From Alphaproteobacteria bacterium (lineage in GTDB: Bacteria; Pseudomonadota; Alphaproteobacteria; MPNO01): a DNA stretch of 64,000 nt. The notes below the pieces were generated by a model. It was not told the DNA's origin. It was given only the letters and a program-made list of their open reading frames with translations, and ran no database searches. The stretch covers positions 2,524,208 to 2,588,207 of the forward strand of contig OZ241868.1 in NCBI GenBank assembly GCA_965202905.1. Reading direction: 5' to 3'. Shown here piece after piece: positions 19,201 to 29,264 of this stretch (position 1 is its first letter; each line of letters begins with the position of its first letter). Made by a program: the position numbers and the translations under genes.

Positions 19201-19432
19201 CGGCGTGCGCCTGCATGGCTTCTACATGACGCTGGTCATCGGTGGCGCGCCCGGCGGCGATCCCGGCGTCGCGCGCGCTGGCGCTTTGCTGCATCAGGTG
19301 TAAGCCCCAGGCAATGAGGGCGCATTGCGCGATCCCGATGGCGACGACGCCGACAGCGGCCCATGCGGCAATCTGTTGCCAGCCCAGCGAGGCGGCGTGA
19401 AAGGCCAGCGTGGCGGTTTCGAACCCGGTCAT
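19127..19432 (-). CDS. Small single-TM hypothetical protein, copy 5
   Basis: MTGFETATLAFHAASLGWQQIAAWAAVGVVAIG…. Confidence 0.7.
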   Translation of the reverse strand: MTGFETATLAFHAASLGWQQIAAWAAVGVVAIGIAQCALIAWGLHLMQQSASARDAGIAAGRATDDQRHVEAMQAHAANHAEAMRALEALIARTAPTGTSR

Positions 19433-19674
19433 GGCGGACCCCCTCGTTCCGATGATGCTCGTTGGCGACGGACGGCGCAATTCGACATCGACCGACGGGC
19501 CGCCGGTCAGTACGATCGGCGCGCGCCGCGGCGTCGACCGAGGCGCTGGTCGTGGAGGCGCGGCCAGCTATTGCGCGCGCCCATGCGGCGCCGGCTGGAG
19601 ACCCGTATTCGCGCCGGCGACCCGCGCGGGTTGGACGGCCCCGACCTCGCCCGGCGCGGGAACCCGGCTGGCGG

Positions 19675-19980
19675 TCATCGGCTGGTCCCCGTCGGCGCCG
19701 TGCGCGCGATCAACACTTCGAGCGCCCGCATCGCTTCGGCGTGGCTGTCTGCGTGCGCCTGCATCGCTTCTGCGTGGCGCTGGTCATCGGTGACGCGCCC
19801 GGCGGCGATCCCGGCGTCGCGCGCGCTGGCGTTCTGCTGCATCAGCCGCAAGCCCCAGGCGATCAGGAGGCATTGCGCGATCCCGATGGCGACGCCGCCG
19901 ACGGTGGCCCATGCGGAGACTTCCTGCCAGCCCAGCGAGGCGGCGTGAAAGGCCAGCGTGGCGGTTTCGAACCCGGTCAT
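19675..19980 (-). CDS. Small single-TM hypothetical protein, copy 6
   Basis: Paralog lying in a tandem unit of about 550-570 bp. Confidence 0.7.
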   Translation of the reverse strand: MTGFETATLAFHAASLGWQEVSAWATVGGVAIGIAQCLLIAWGLRLMQQNASARDAGIAAGRVTDDQRHAEAMQAHADSHAEAMRALEVLIARTAPTGTSR

Positions 19981-20246
19981 GGCGGACCCCTCTGTTCCGA
20001 TGATGCTCGTTGGCGACGGACGGCGCAATTCGACATCGACCGACGGGCCGCCGGTCAGTACGACCGGCGCGTGTCGAAGGCGGCGGTTGAGGGCGTTCCT
20101 TCGCGCGCCGCGGCGTCGACCGAGGCGCTGGTCGTGGAGGCGCGGCCAGCGCCCATGCGGCGCCGGCTGGAGACCCGTATTCGCGCCGGCGACCCGCGCG
20201 GGTTGGACGGCCCCGACCTCGCCCGGCGCGGGAACCCGGCTGGCGG

Positions 20247-20552
20247 TCATTGGTTCGTCCCCGTCGGCGCCGTGCGCGCGATCAACGCTTCGAGCGCCTG
20301 CATCGCTTCGGCGTGGCTGGCGGCGTGCGCCTGCATGGCTTCGGCGTGGCGCTGGTCATCGGTGGCGCGCCCGGCGGCGATCCCGGCGTCGCGCGCGCTG
20401 GCGCTTTGCTGCATCAGGTGTAAGCCCCAGGCAATCAGGGCGCATTGCGCGATCCCGATGGCGACGCCGCCGACGGTCGCCCATGCGGAGACTTCCTGCC
20501 AGCCCAGCGAGGCGGCGTGAAAGGCCAGCGTGGCGGTTTCAAACCCGGTCAT
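20247..20552 (-). CDS. Small single-TM hypothetical protein, copy 7
   Basis: Paralog in the tandem unit. Confidence 0.7.
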   Translation of the reverse strand: MTGFETATLAFHAASLGWQEVSAWATVGGVAIGIAQCALIAWGLHLMQQSASARDAGIAAGRATDDQRHAEAMQAHAASHAEAMQALEALIARTAPTGTNQ

Positions 20553-20615
20553 GGCGGACCCCCTCGTTCCGATGATGCTCGTTGGCGACAAACGGCGCAA
20601 TTCATGTTGTCCGGC

Positions 20616-21000
20616 GGCAGTGTCTCAGTTTGAAAATCTGCGGCCCCGGCTCGTTGAACCGGGGCCGCGAACCGGAGATCGATCGGAAGCGGTAGACCAG
20701 GCCCGGGCGCGGCGCCGCGGGAGCCTTCGGGCGGCCGTTCACCCCGGGCCCGGCGACCCGCGTAGCCCGCCTTCCGACGCTCTGCTTCACGCACGACGAC
20801 TTCGTGCGCCTCCACGAGACGCTGAGAGGCGCCCCGGCGATGGCGGCGGGCGTATCGGACACGCTGCGGGACACACGCTGCGGGACGGGGAATGGATCGC
20901 CGGGGAATGGATCGCCGGGGAATGGATCGCCGGGGAATGGATCGTCAACTCGATCGACGCGCAGGCGACGAAGCTATTCGATTCAAACCGAGACACTACG
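20616..21000 (+). mobile_element. Internally deleted IS (IS1-like family) remnant retaining both ends
   Basis: Left end GGCAGTGTCTCAGTTTGAAA and right end TTCAAACCGAGACACTAC form an imperfect inverted repeat. Internal DFVRLHETLRGAPAMAAGVSDTL is a transposase C-terminus. It contains GGGGAATGGATCGCC x4. Confidence 0.7.
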
Positions 21001-21119
21001 CCATTTCTTGTTGACAGGCGGGCCGCCGGTAAAGATGATTGGAGGGTGCCGAACATGGCCTGCTCGCAGGCGTTCGGTGGCTTGATTGGATCCAACTCTT
21101 GATCTCTGGGAGAGAAAAC

Positions 21120-21295
21120 ATGACCAACCATCGAGACGCCCTTGTACCCCCCCCCCCCCCCCGCAGGATGAGGCGCGGAAACGCTGGACCCGGCCAACGA
21201 TCTTCGCACTGGGCGATGTCGAGGTGACGGAAGGCGCCACTTCTCCGAATGTCAAGGAGGATAACACCGAATACCCCTCGTCATCATCATCGTAG
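21120..21295 (+). CDS. Lasso precursor A10, core GATSPNVKEDNTEYPSSSSS; out of frame at a C16 tract
   Basis: MTNHRDALV-(C16, 21147-21162)-QDEARKRWTRPTIFALGDVEVTE|GATSPNVKEDNTEYPSSSSS*; promoter-like TTGACA-N17-GATGAT at 21011. Confidence 0.85.
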
Positions 21296-21360
21296 ACCCG
21301 TCTCTCGGACATCGTGACGCACGGCCGCCCTCGATCTACGGGTAGCGCGGCGGCGGGCCG

Positions 21361-21572
21361 GTGAAGCGAAATCCGGAAACGGAAGGTCCGGTCCCCGTAC
21401 CGGTGGATGCTGCGATGGACGCCGCGGCGCTCCGCGACCGGGCGGCGCGGCTTCCCGATCGGCTGTGGGGCATCGAGGACGGCTTCGAGAGCAACCGCTA
21501 TTCCTGCTTCCATCATACCCGGCACATCATCTTCCGGTTCATCCCGGGCAATTTCGATCCGCGGCGTTTCTT
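21361..21572 (+). pseudogene. 5' fragment of a putative Asp/Asn beta-hydroxylase-domain protein
   Basis: DAAALRDRAARLPDRLW…FHHTRHIIFRFIPGN, recalled as the N-terminus of that family. It is truncated by a B2 remnant. Confidence 0.45.
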
Positions 21573-21759
21573 TTGCGGTTGCGGTTCCAGGGATTGCGCG
21601 GGCGCGCGGGTGCGCGGCGCGCATGGTCGGAGGGCGAACGCGGCGGCTGAGCGCGTTCTTTCGTGCGCCGGCGTCGACCCCGGCTTCGCCCGAGGCGCCG
21701 GTCGTGGAGGCCTTGCCGCCGTTCCCGGCGGCGCGGCTGGGGCGGGCTGAATCCAGCCC

Positions 21760-23187
21760 GTGGCGGGCGTGAGCGCGGAGTCCCGGGATCTCATCGAACG
21801 GCTGAGAGGCCTGCTCGGCGCCGCCGCCGTTCTGACCGAACCGGCCGACACGGAACCCTTCCTGATCGACGAGCGCGGCCGGTATCGCGGACGGGCGGCG
21901 GCGGTGGTGCGTCCCGCCGACGCCGAAGCGGTCGCCGCCACCGTAAGGCTGTGCGCCGGGCGCCTCGTCCCGATCGTCCCCCAGGGCGGCAACACCGGGC
22001 TGTGCGGGGCCGCGACGCCGGACGAGAGCGGGCGCGCGATCGTCCTCAGCCTTGCCCGGCTCGACCGGGTTCGCGCGGTCGATCCGGCGAACTACACCGT
22101 CACCGTCGAAGCGGGGGTGATCCTGGCCGACGTGCAGAAGGCCGCGGCCGCGGCCGACCGGCTGTTTCCGCTCAGCCTCGGCGGCGAGGGGACGGCCCGG
22201 ATCGGCGGGACTCTGTCGACCAACGCCGGCGGCGCCGGGGTTCTGCGCTACGGCAACGCGCGGGATCTGGTGCTGGGGCTCGAAGTGGTGCTGCCCGACG
22301 GCCGGATATGGGACGGGCTGTCGACGCTGCGCAAGGACAACACCGGCTATGACCTCAAGCATCTGTTCGTCGGCGCGGAAGGCACGCTCGGCGTCATCAC
22401 CGCGGCGGTCCTGAAGCTGTTCCCGCGGCCGCACGCGCTGGAGACGGCTCTGCTCGCGGTCGAAAACCCCGCGGCGGCCGTCGCGCTGCTCGCCCGCGCG
22501 CGCGCCGCGACGGGCGACCGGACGACGACCTTCGAGCTGATGCTGCGGACGCCGCTCGAGCTGGTCTTCGCCCACATTCCCGGTGCCCGCGATCCGTTCG
22601 AGACGCCCCATCCCTGCTACGCGCTGCTCGAGCTCGCCGCCGGCGCGGCCGATGACGACATCCGCACGCTGACCGAATCCTTCCTCGCCGAGGCAATGGA
22701 GGATGGGCTGGTGCGCGATGCGGTCATCGCCGGGAGCGGTGCCCAGGCGGCCGATTTCCGGAAGCTGCGCGAAACCATCCCCGAGGCGCAGAAACACGCC
22801 GGCGCCTCGATCAAGCACGATGTCTCGGTGCCGGTCTCCCGGGTCGCGGACTTCATGGACGAGGCCTCGCGGCGGGTGTCCGAGCGCGTACCGGGCCTCA
22901 GGGTCTGCGCCTTCGGCCATGTCGGGGACGGCAACATCCATTTCAACCTCAGCCAGCCCGAGGGCGCGGACGGCGCGGCGTTCATGGCCCGGGAGGACGA
23001 GCTCAACGGCATCGTCCACGACATCGTCGTCGCCATGCGCGGCAGCATCAGCGCCGAGCACGGCATCGGCCAGCTCAAGCGCGCCGCCCTCGTCCACTAC
23101 AAGCCCGCGGTCGAACTCGACCTGATGCGCCGCATCAAGGCGAGTCTCGATCCCGACGGCCTGATGAACCCCGGAAAGGTGCTCTGA
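21760..23187 (+). CDS. FAD-binding oxidoreductase (D-2-hydroxyacid dehydrogenase, GlcD-like)
   Basis: VPQGGNTGLCG, IGGTLSTNAGG, LRKDNTGYDLK, FGHVGDGNIH, SAEHGIG, MNPGKVL. Confidence 0.92.
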   Translation: MAGVSAESRDLIERLRGLLGAAAVLTEPADTEPFLIDERGRYRGRAAAVVRPADAEAVAATVRLCAGRLVPIVPQGGNTGLCGAATPDESGRAIVLSLARLDRVRAVDPANYTVTVEAGVILADVQKAAAAADRLFPLSLGGEGTARIGGTLSTNAGGAGVLRYGNARDLVLGLEVVLPDGRIWDGLSTLRKDNTGYDLKHLFVGAEGTLGVITAAVLKLFPRPHALETALLAVENPAAAVALLARARAATGDRTTTFELMLRTPLELVFAHIPGARDPFETPHPCYALLELAAGAADDDIRTLTESFLAEAMEDGLVRDAVIAGSGAQAADFRKLRETIPEAQKHAGASIKHDVSVPVSRVADFMDEASRRVSERVPGLRVCAFGHVGDGNIHFNLSQPEGADGAAFMAREDELNGIVHDIVVAMRGSISAEHGIGQLKRAALVHYKPAVELDLMRRIKASLDPDGLMNPGKVL

Positions 23188-23317
23188 ACCGGCGTCGGCG
23201 CCGCCCTGGCAGCGCCTTGGCGCGCCGGCAGACGCGGTTCGGCCGCCCCGCCGGCCCGGCCCGCCGCGTCTGCCGAAGCGCGTCCGCCGAACCGCGTCTG
23301 CCGAAAGGATCCCGACG

Positions 23318-25159
23318 ATGAGCGATTTCGCAGCCCCCTTGCGCGACATGCAGTTCGTGATCGAGGAGCTCGTCGGGCTCGAAACCGTCAACACGCTGCC
23401 CGGGCTCGACTGGGTGAGCAAGGATCTGGTGCGCGCGGCGCTCGCCGAGGCCGGGCGGTTGGGCGCCGAGGTCCTGGCCCCGCTCAACCGCACGGGCGAC
23501 ATCGAAGGCGCGCGGCTGGAGAACGGCGTCGTGACGACGCCCGCCGGATTCGCCGAAGCCTACCGCATTTTCGTCGAGGGCGGCTGGAACGGCGTGACCG
23601 CCCCGCAGGACCACGGCGGACAGGGGCTGCCCGGGCTGGTGGGCATGGCGGTCGGAGAAATCTGGGATTCGGCGAACCTCGCTTTCTCGCTCTGCCCGAT
23701 GCTGACCCAGTGCGCCGTCGAGGCGCTCAGCATCCACGGCTCGCCCGAGCAGCGGCGGACCTGGCTTCCCAAGCTGGTCAGCGGCGAATGGTCCGGCACG
23801 ATGGTCCTGACCGAGCCGCAGGCCGGCTCCGATGTCGGCGCGCTCAGGACCAGGGCGGCGCGCGAGGGCGACCACTACCGCATCGCCGGCCAGAAGATCT
23901 TCACCACCTGGGGCGACCACGAGATGGTCGAGAACATCGTCCACATGGTGCTCGCCCGGACCGCGGGCGCGCCGGCCGGGGTGAAGGGGATCTCGCTGTT
24001 CATCGTCCCCAAATACCTGGTCGATCCGGACGGCTCGCTCGGGCCGCGCAACGATCTGCGCCCGACCTCGCTGGAGCGCAAGCTCGGCATCCACGCCAGC
24101 CCGACCGCGGCGATGTCCTTCGGCGACGACGAGGGCGCGATCGGCTATCTGGTGGGCGAGGAGAACCGCGGTCTGGAATACATGTTCACCATGATGAACA
24201 ACGCCCGGATCGCGGTCGGGCGCGAAGGCCTGGCGATCGCCGAGCGCGCCTATCAGCAGGCCCGGGCCTACGCCCGCACCCGTATTCAGGGCCGCTCGAT
24301 CGCCGACCCGGCGGCCGGGCCGGTCGCCATCGTCGAGCACCCGGACGTCCGGCGTATGCTGGTGCGGATGAAGGCCGAGATCGAGGCCATGCGGGCGCTC
24401 GCCTATTCGATCGCCGCCGATCTCGATGTCGCGCGCCTTCACGCCGATGCGGCCGAGCGCGCGCGCCGTCGGGCCAGGGTCGACCTCCTGGCGCCGGTGC
24501 TCAAGGCCTGGTGCAGCGACCGGGGCGTGGCGATCGCCTCCGAGGCGGTCCAGGTCCACGGCGGCGCCGGGTTCATCGAGGAGACCGGCGCCGCCCAGCA
24601 CTACCGCGACGCCCGTATCGCCCCGATCTACGAAGGAACCAACGGCATCCAGGCGCTCGATCTCGTGCGCCGCAAGGTGCTGGGCGATGACGGCGCGGCG
24701 GTGCTGGCGCTGATCGACGAGATGCGCGCCCATGCCGGGCGGGAGGGCGCGGCCGAAACCGCGCCGATCCGCCTTGCGCTGGCCGCGGGACTCGATGCGC
24801 TCGAGGAGACCACCCGATGGCTGCTCGAGACCGCGGGATCTGCGGGCGCTGCGGGCGCTGCGGGATCCGAGGCCGCGGGCGCCGTGGGATTCGAGGCCGC
24901 GGCGGCCGCCGCGGCGCCCTATCTCGAAATCCTCGGCACGGTCGCGGGCGGCTGGATGATGGCGCGCGCGGCCGGGCTCGCCGTTGCCGCCGGGGCTGCC
25001 GCCGGGGCGACGGCCGACGGCGACGCGCCGTTCTACCGGACCAAGATTCAGACGGCGCGCTTCTACGCCGAGGTCGTCCTGCCGCGCGCCGCAAGCCTCG
25101 AACGGGCCGCCATCGGCGGCGCCCCGCTACTCGCCGATTTCGACGAGGCATGCCTCTGA
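23318..25159 (+). CDS. Acyl-CoA dehydrogenase (DmdC-like long form)
   Basis: GTMVLTEPQAGSDVG, KIFTTWGDH, EENRGLEYMFTMMNNARI, QVHGGAGFIEETG, IYEGTNGIQA. Confidence 0.92.
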   Translation: MSDFAAPLRDMQFVIEELVGLETVNTLPGLDWVSKDLVRAALAEAGRLGAEVLAPLNRTGDIEGARLENGVVTTPAGFAEAYRIFVEGGWNGVTAPQDHGGQGLPGLVGMAVGEIWDSANLAFSLCPMLTQCAVEALSIHGSPEQRRTWLPKLVSGEWSGTMVLTEPQAGSDVGALRTRAAREGDHYRIAGQKIFTTWGDHEMVENIVHMVLARTAGAPAGVKGISLFIVPKYLVDPDGSLGPRNDLRPTSLERKLGIHASPTAAMSFGDDEGAIGYLVGEENRGLEYMFTMMNNARIAVGREGLAIAERAYQQARAYARTRIQGRSIADPAAGPVAIVEHPDVRRMLVRMKAEIEAMRALAYSIAADLDVARLHADAAERARRRARVDLLAPVLKAWCSDRGVAIASEAVQVHGGAGFIEETGAAQHYRDARIAPIYEGTNGIQALDLVRRKVLGDDGAAVLALIDEMRAHAGREGAAETAPIRLALAAGLDALEETTRWLLETAGSAGAAGAAGSEAAGAVGFEAAAAAAAPYLEILGTVAGGWMMARAAGLAVAAGAAAGATADGDAPFYRTKIQTARFYAEVVLPRAASLERAAIGGAPLLADFDEACL

Positions 25160-25180
25160 GGCGTCTCGCAGCTCCCGCCA

Positions 25181-25230
25181 GACCCCTGCCCGCCGACCCC
25201 TGCCCGCCGACCCCTGCCCGCCGACCCCTG
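25181..25230. repeat. Short tandem repeat GACCCCTGCCCGCC x3.6
   Basis: Read directly from the sequence. Confidence 0.9.
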
Positions 25231-25254
25231 AAAGTCGTCCGGCGACGGGGGGGG

Positions 25255-26013
25255 GTGAGCTGGTTTGAAATTTCCCGCCTACGGCTCGAAGAAGTCCGCC
25301 GCCGACATTCACTAGTGGGGGCTTGAACGTCCAACCCTTCGCCTCGGCTTCCTGCCGTAGACATCATTCTAAATTTCGGATGTTGGACGACAAGCCCGGA
25401 TCGTCCGGATTTTCGATCTCATCTACGGCAACAGCTTGCCGATGTTCGCGGTTTTCTTTGCATGGGCTCAAGGCATAGCCGGAGGCCGCCGAGGGGCGTT
25501 CGGCGAGGGGGCATTCGGCAACGATGTCGATGACGCCATGCCGGTGAAGCCGCACGGCCCGGCCGAATGCGCCGGCATCCGCAAGCGATGGATCGAGGGC
25601 CGGCCCGATCCGGCTCATATCTCGACCAGTTCCATCGAGCGCAGCAACCCGACCCTGCGTATGTCGATCCGGGCGTATGTCGATCCGGGCGTATGTCGAT
25701 CCGGCGGTTCACGCGGCTGGCCAACGCCTTCTCGAAGAAGATCGGGAACCACGCCCACAATGTGGCGCTCCACCTCGGGCGCGACGATTTCCGTCGGCCA
25801 CGCATTGGCAACGCATCGGCAACTCGAGAGCCTCGACGGGATCGGCCCGGCAATGGCCGCCGGCGTTACGGCCCGGCTTTGGAACATCCCCGGCTTTGGG
25901 ACATCCCGGCTTTGGAACATCGGGGGCGTCGTGCGGCTGGTGGACGAAGCGGCGCCGAAGCCGAACCGACCCACCGCCTGTCGCAGCAAGCGGGAAATTT
26001 CAAACCAGCCCAC
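25255..26013 (+). mobile_element. Degenerate IS (IS1-like family) with a perfect 20-bp terminal inverted repeat
   Basis: GCTGGTTTGAAATTTCCCGC (25259-25278) and its reverse complement (25990-26009). Transposase remnants ISTSSIERSNPTLRMSIRRFTRLANAFSKKIGNHAH…PAMAAGVTARLW. Confidence 0.8.
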
Positions 26014-26285
26014 TACCCGGCGGCGAGCCGGCTGTAAGGGCATGGGCCGGATGTGTGCGCCGGACATGTGCGGCGTGCGTGCGGCGCTGGTGGATCGACC
26101 GAGACATTTGACCCCCCCGGCCGATCGTGGAGGGCCGAAAGTCTTTGCGAATCCGGGCTCGGACGGGCCGTGAACCGGCCGTAAACGGGGATTTTCGGGG
26201 CGTTTCAGGGGGCGTTCAGGGGCGGTAGATCCGGGCCGGGCCGTTTGGAGGGGTCGTTTCGGCGGTGAAGATCGAACCGTGCGGA

Positions 26286-26740
26286 TCAGCCGTCGGCGGC
26301 GTCTTCGCCTTCGTCCTCGTCGCAGGCGTCGAGGACATCGGCGAACTCGGCCGCGAACTGGTCGCGGGACACCCGCCGATCGACCGATCGCCCATCGGCC
26401 GGAAATTCCTGACCCGACAGGAGGCCGGGCACGCGCTCGGGCGTGATCGGCAGTTCGATCCCGTCGATGTCGAGCGCATCGGCGACGGCGCCGACGATGG
26501 CCGCAGGCGCCCCGATCGCGCCTCTCTCGCCCATGCCCTTGCAGACGCCCTCGGCCAGCGGCGAGGGCGGCTCCCGATGGACGATCTCGAGGTCGGTCCC
26601 TGCGAAGGCGGCGGGGATCATGTAGTCGGCGAACGGGCCGGTTCGGAGCTGCGCATCGTCGTCGCAGGCATCGTCGTCGCAGGCATCGTCGTCATAGAGG
26701 ATCTGCTCCAGCAGCGCCGCGCCGACACCTTGCGCGACCG
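26286..26740 (-). pseudogene. C-terminal fragment of a CoxL/xanthine dehydrogenase Mo-binding subunit
   Basis: AQGVGAALLEQILYD…DYMIPAA…KGMGERGAIGAPAAIVGAVADAL…LPITPERV. Confidence 0.75.
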
Positions 26741-26980
26741 TAGTTCCGCCGGGCCGGTATCGAAGCCGACCGCGGCGAGCCGGACTCATCCGCCCTGCCA
26801 ACCACGCGCACCGCGCCCCCGCGCAATCCCCGGAACCGCAACCGCACCGGATTCGCCTTGGGGTATGCCAAGCCGGTATGCCGACATATCCCCGCGCCCC
26901 GACGCCCTCGACCCGGACACCCTCTTCAGCCCGGCGCCGTCACTCTCCGCAGAGCGACGGCGGCCGTGCGTCATGATGTC

Positions 26981-27169
26981 TTAGGAGGAGGCGAAGGGGC
27001 CGAGGCCGGAGCCAAGCACATAATAACCTGAACTCTCTTCTGCCCCAGGATCAAGGCCGCCTGCCGTCCCCTGGACGCGGCCCAGCTCGCGGATCATCGG
27101 CCGGGTCCAGCGCGTCGGCGCCTCATCCTGCGGGGGGGGGGGTACAAGGGCATCTCGATGGTCGGGCAC
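26981..27169 (-). CDS. Lasso precursor A11, core GGLDPGAEESSGYYVLGSGLGPFASS; in frame (tract of 11)
   Basis: MPDHRDALVPPPPQDEAPTRWTRPMIRELGRVQGTA|GGLDPGAEESSGYYVLGSGLGPFASS*; G11 at 27132-27142 on the + strand. Confidence 0.9.
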   Translation of the reverse strand: MPDHRDALVPPPPQDEAPTRWTRPMIRELGRVQGTAGGLDPGAEESSGYYVLGSGLGPFASS

Positions 27170-27210
27170 GTTTTCTCTCCCAGAAGTCAGAAATTAGCTT
27201 CACCCTGTCG

Positions 27211-27239
27211 ATCGTATTCACCGGCGGCCCGCCTGTCAA
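27211..27239 (-). promoter_or_regulatory. Sigma70-like precursor promoter (minus strand)
   Basis: TTGACA-N17-TACGAT on the reverse strand. Confidence 0.7.
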
Positions 27240-27518
27240 CGAGAACTTCACCGGGCATCGCTAACGAGCGTCGCCAACGAGCTTCGTGTCCGGCGCCGGC
27301 GCCATGCGATCATGGCTTGCGGCAGGCAGACGGGGCTTGCGGCAGGCAGACGGCGGCGAGGAGCGCATTGCGGGCCGCCGCGGCGCCGCACGCGCCGCCT
27401 GCCGCGCGACATCGTCGATATGGCGCCCGCGCCCGGGTCGATATGGCGCCCGCGCCCGGGTCGATATGACGCCCGCGCCCGGACGGGAACGGAACGCGCT
27501 CGTCGAGCGGGTCGATGC

Positions 27519-29011
27519 TCATGCCGGCTCCACGTCTGCCGGCTCCACGTCGTAGCCGTCCATCAGGCCGTCGACGATGTCGTCGAGTCCGTCCCAGTCG
27601 CAGGCGAGAAAGCTGTAGAGGTTCATGATGAAGCCGGGGCCGGCGTAGAATTTTCGTACTGGGAATGCCGGCCGGCGAACTCGGAGCCCAGCAGGTCCCA
27701 GGCGAGCCGCAGCAGCTTCATGCGGTCCTTGGCCGTCCGGTCGGGCGCCGACCAGTAGGTCTCGAATTTCTCCGCCAGCTCCGGGTCGGCCAATACCGAG
27801 GAATCGGCGGGCATCTGGAACACCCCGCCGCCCATCAGCTCGCGCACCCGATCGCAGATCTCCGAATGGTTCGTCGCGCACCAGTGGAGCGCGGCGTACA
27901 TGTAGCGCCGGTTGACGGTCACATAGCCCGATCCCGGCGCCATCTCCTCGCAGTCCAGAAGCTGGCCCCGGATCAGCCCTTCGAGCGCGGCGAGCTTTGC
28001 GGCGAGCTCGCCCAACAGGCCCTGAACCGCGGGGATGGAGGCGGCGTCGTTCATATGCGCGATGCGGTTCGCCACCGCGACGATCAGCTTGAGCTTCTCC
28101 AGGAAGCGGACATTGGCCTGGTGGTTGGCGAGCGAATGGCCCGGCGTCAGCGTATAGATCGCCCGCGTCATCTCGACGTCGTCGTGCAGGAAGACATTCT
28201 CCCACGGCACCCGGACATCCTCGAACAGGACGGCCGCATCGGTCTCGTCGTAGCGCCAGGACAGCGGCATGTCGAACTCGCTGGTCGCGAACCTCTCGTA
28301 GGGCTTGCGGACCCAGATCGACACGCCGGGCGTCCCCATCGGCGCCGCGCAGGTGATCGCCTCCTTCTCATGGCCCGGCGCGACGGGCTGCAGATTGCCG
28401 ACCCAGGTCGCATGGCAGAAGACCGCCGAGGTGCCGATCATCTTCAGGCCGTTGAGCGTCACCCCGGCGTCGTCCTCGGCGGTGACCCGCAGCGTCGGCG
28501 CCGGGCGGAGGGCGTCGTTCCGGGCGGCGTCGGCGGACGCCTGCGGCCGGCGCGCGGCCTGCGGGTTGGTCACCGTGTGGGCGAGGAAAAGATCCTCGCG
28601 CCGCGCCTTCCTGTAATAGGCGGTCAGGTTCGCGCCGGCGCCGGGCCGCAGGCTCTCGAACAGGTCCGGCCGGGTGGCGAGCCCGGCGAGATAGCTCGGG
28701 AAATTGTCGGGCGAACGGCCGAGCAGGCCGTAGGACCACGAGGCGATGCGGCGATGGACCTCGTAGCGGCGCTCGAGATCCGCCCGCGAGCGCGGCATCA
28801 GCCAATAGGCCGAATACTCGTCGCCGTCCTCTTCGCACACCATCAGGTCGCGCTGGTCCGGCGCGCGCTTCCGGTCGTAGATCTCCGCGAACGACCGCGC
28901 CGCGTTGCGGAAGGCCGGATGCGCGGCGACATCGGCGACCCGCTCGCGCCCGACATAGACGCAACGGCCGTCGCGCAGGCTCTCCAGATAGTCCTCACCG
29001 CTCAGCAGCAT
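27519..29011 (-). CDS. 4-hydroxyphenylacetate 3-monooxygenase large-subunit (HpaB) family; 1-nt frameshift near the C-terminus
   Basis: MLLSGEDYLESLRDGRCVYVG…HPAFRNAARS…GRSPD…RLAWDLLGSEFAGRHSQYE. The continuation KFYAGPGF is in another frame because an A-run at 27651-27654 is one base short. Confidence 0.85.
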
Positions 29012-29085
29012 CCCTGCGACCCCACGAGAACGAGAACGCGAAGCGCGAGCATAGGGCGAAGGCCCCGGCGCTGCTACTCTCGCCC

Positions 29086-29254
29086 GCCAACGGCGAGGGC
29101 CAACGGCGAGGGCCAACGGCGAGGGCCAACGGCGAGGGCCAACGGCGAGGGCCAACGGCGAGGGCCAACGGCGAGGGCCAACGGCGAGGGCCAACGGCGA
29201 GGGCCAACGGCGAGGGCCAACGGCGAGGGCCAACGGCGAGGGCCAACGGCGAGG
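29086..29254. repeat. VNTR, 13-bp unit GCCAACGGCGAGG x13
   Basis: Perfect tandem copies between divergent genes. Confidence 0.97.
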
Positions 29255-29264
29255 GAATGACGGC

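Noticed and set aside
29086-29254. CRISPR or coding repeat in the 13-bp arrays (also 11693-11821)
   Set aside because: No spacers; the repeat-derived ORFs (WPSPLALAVGPRR, GGPGGRTGWEDRV) are artefacts of the tandem DNA.
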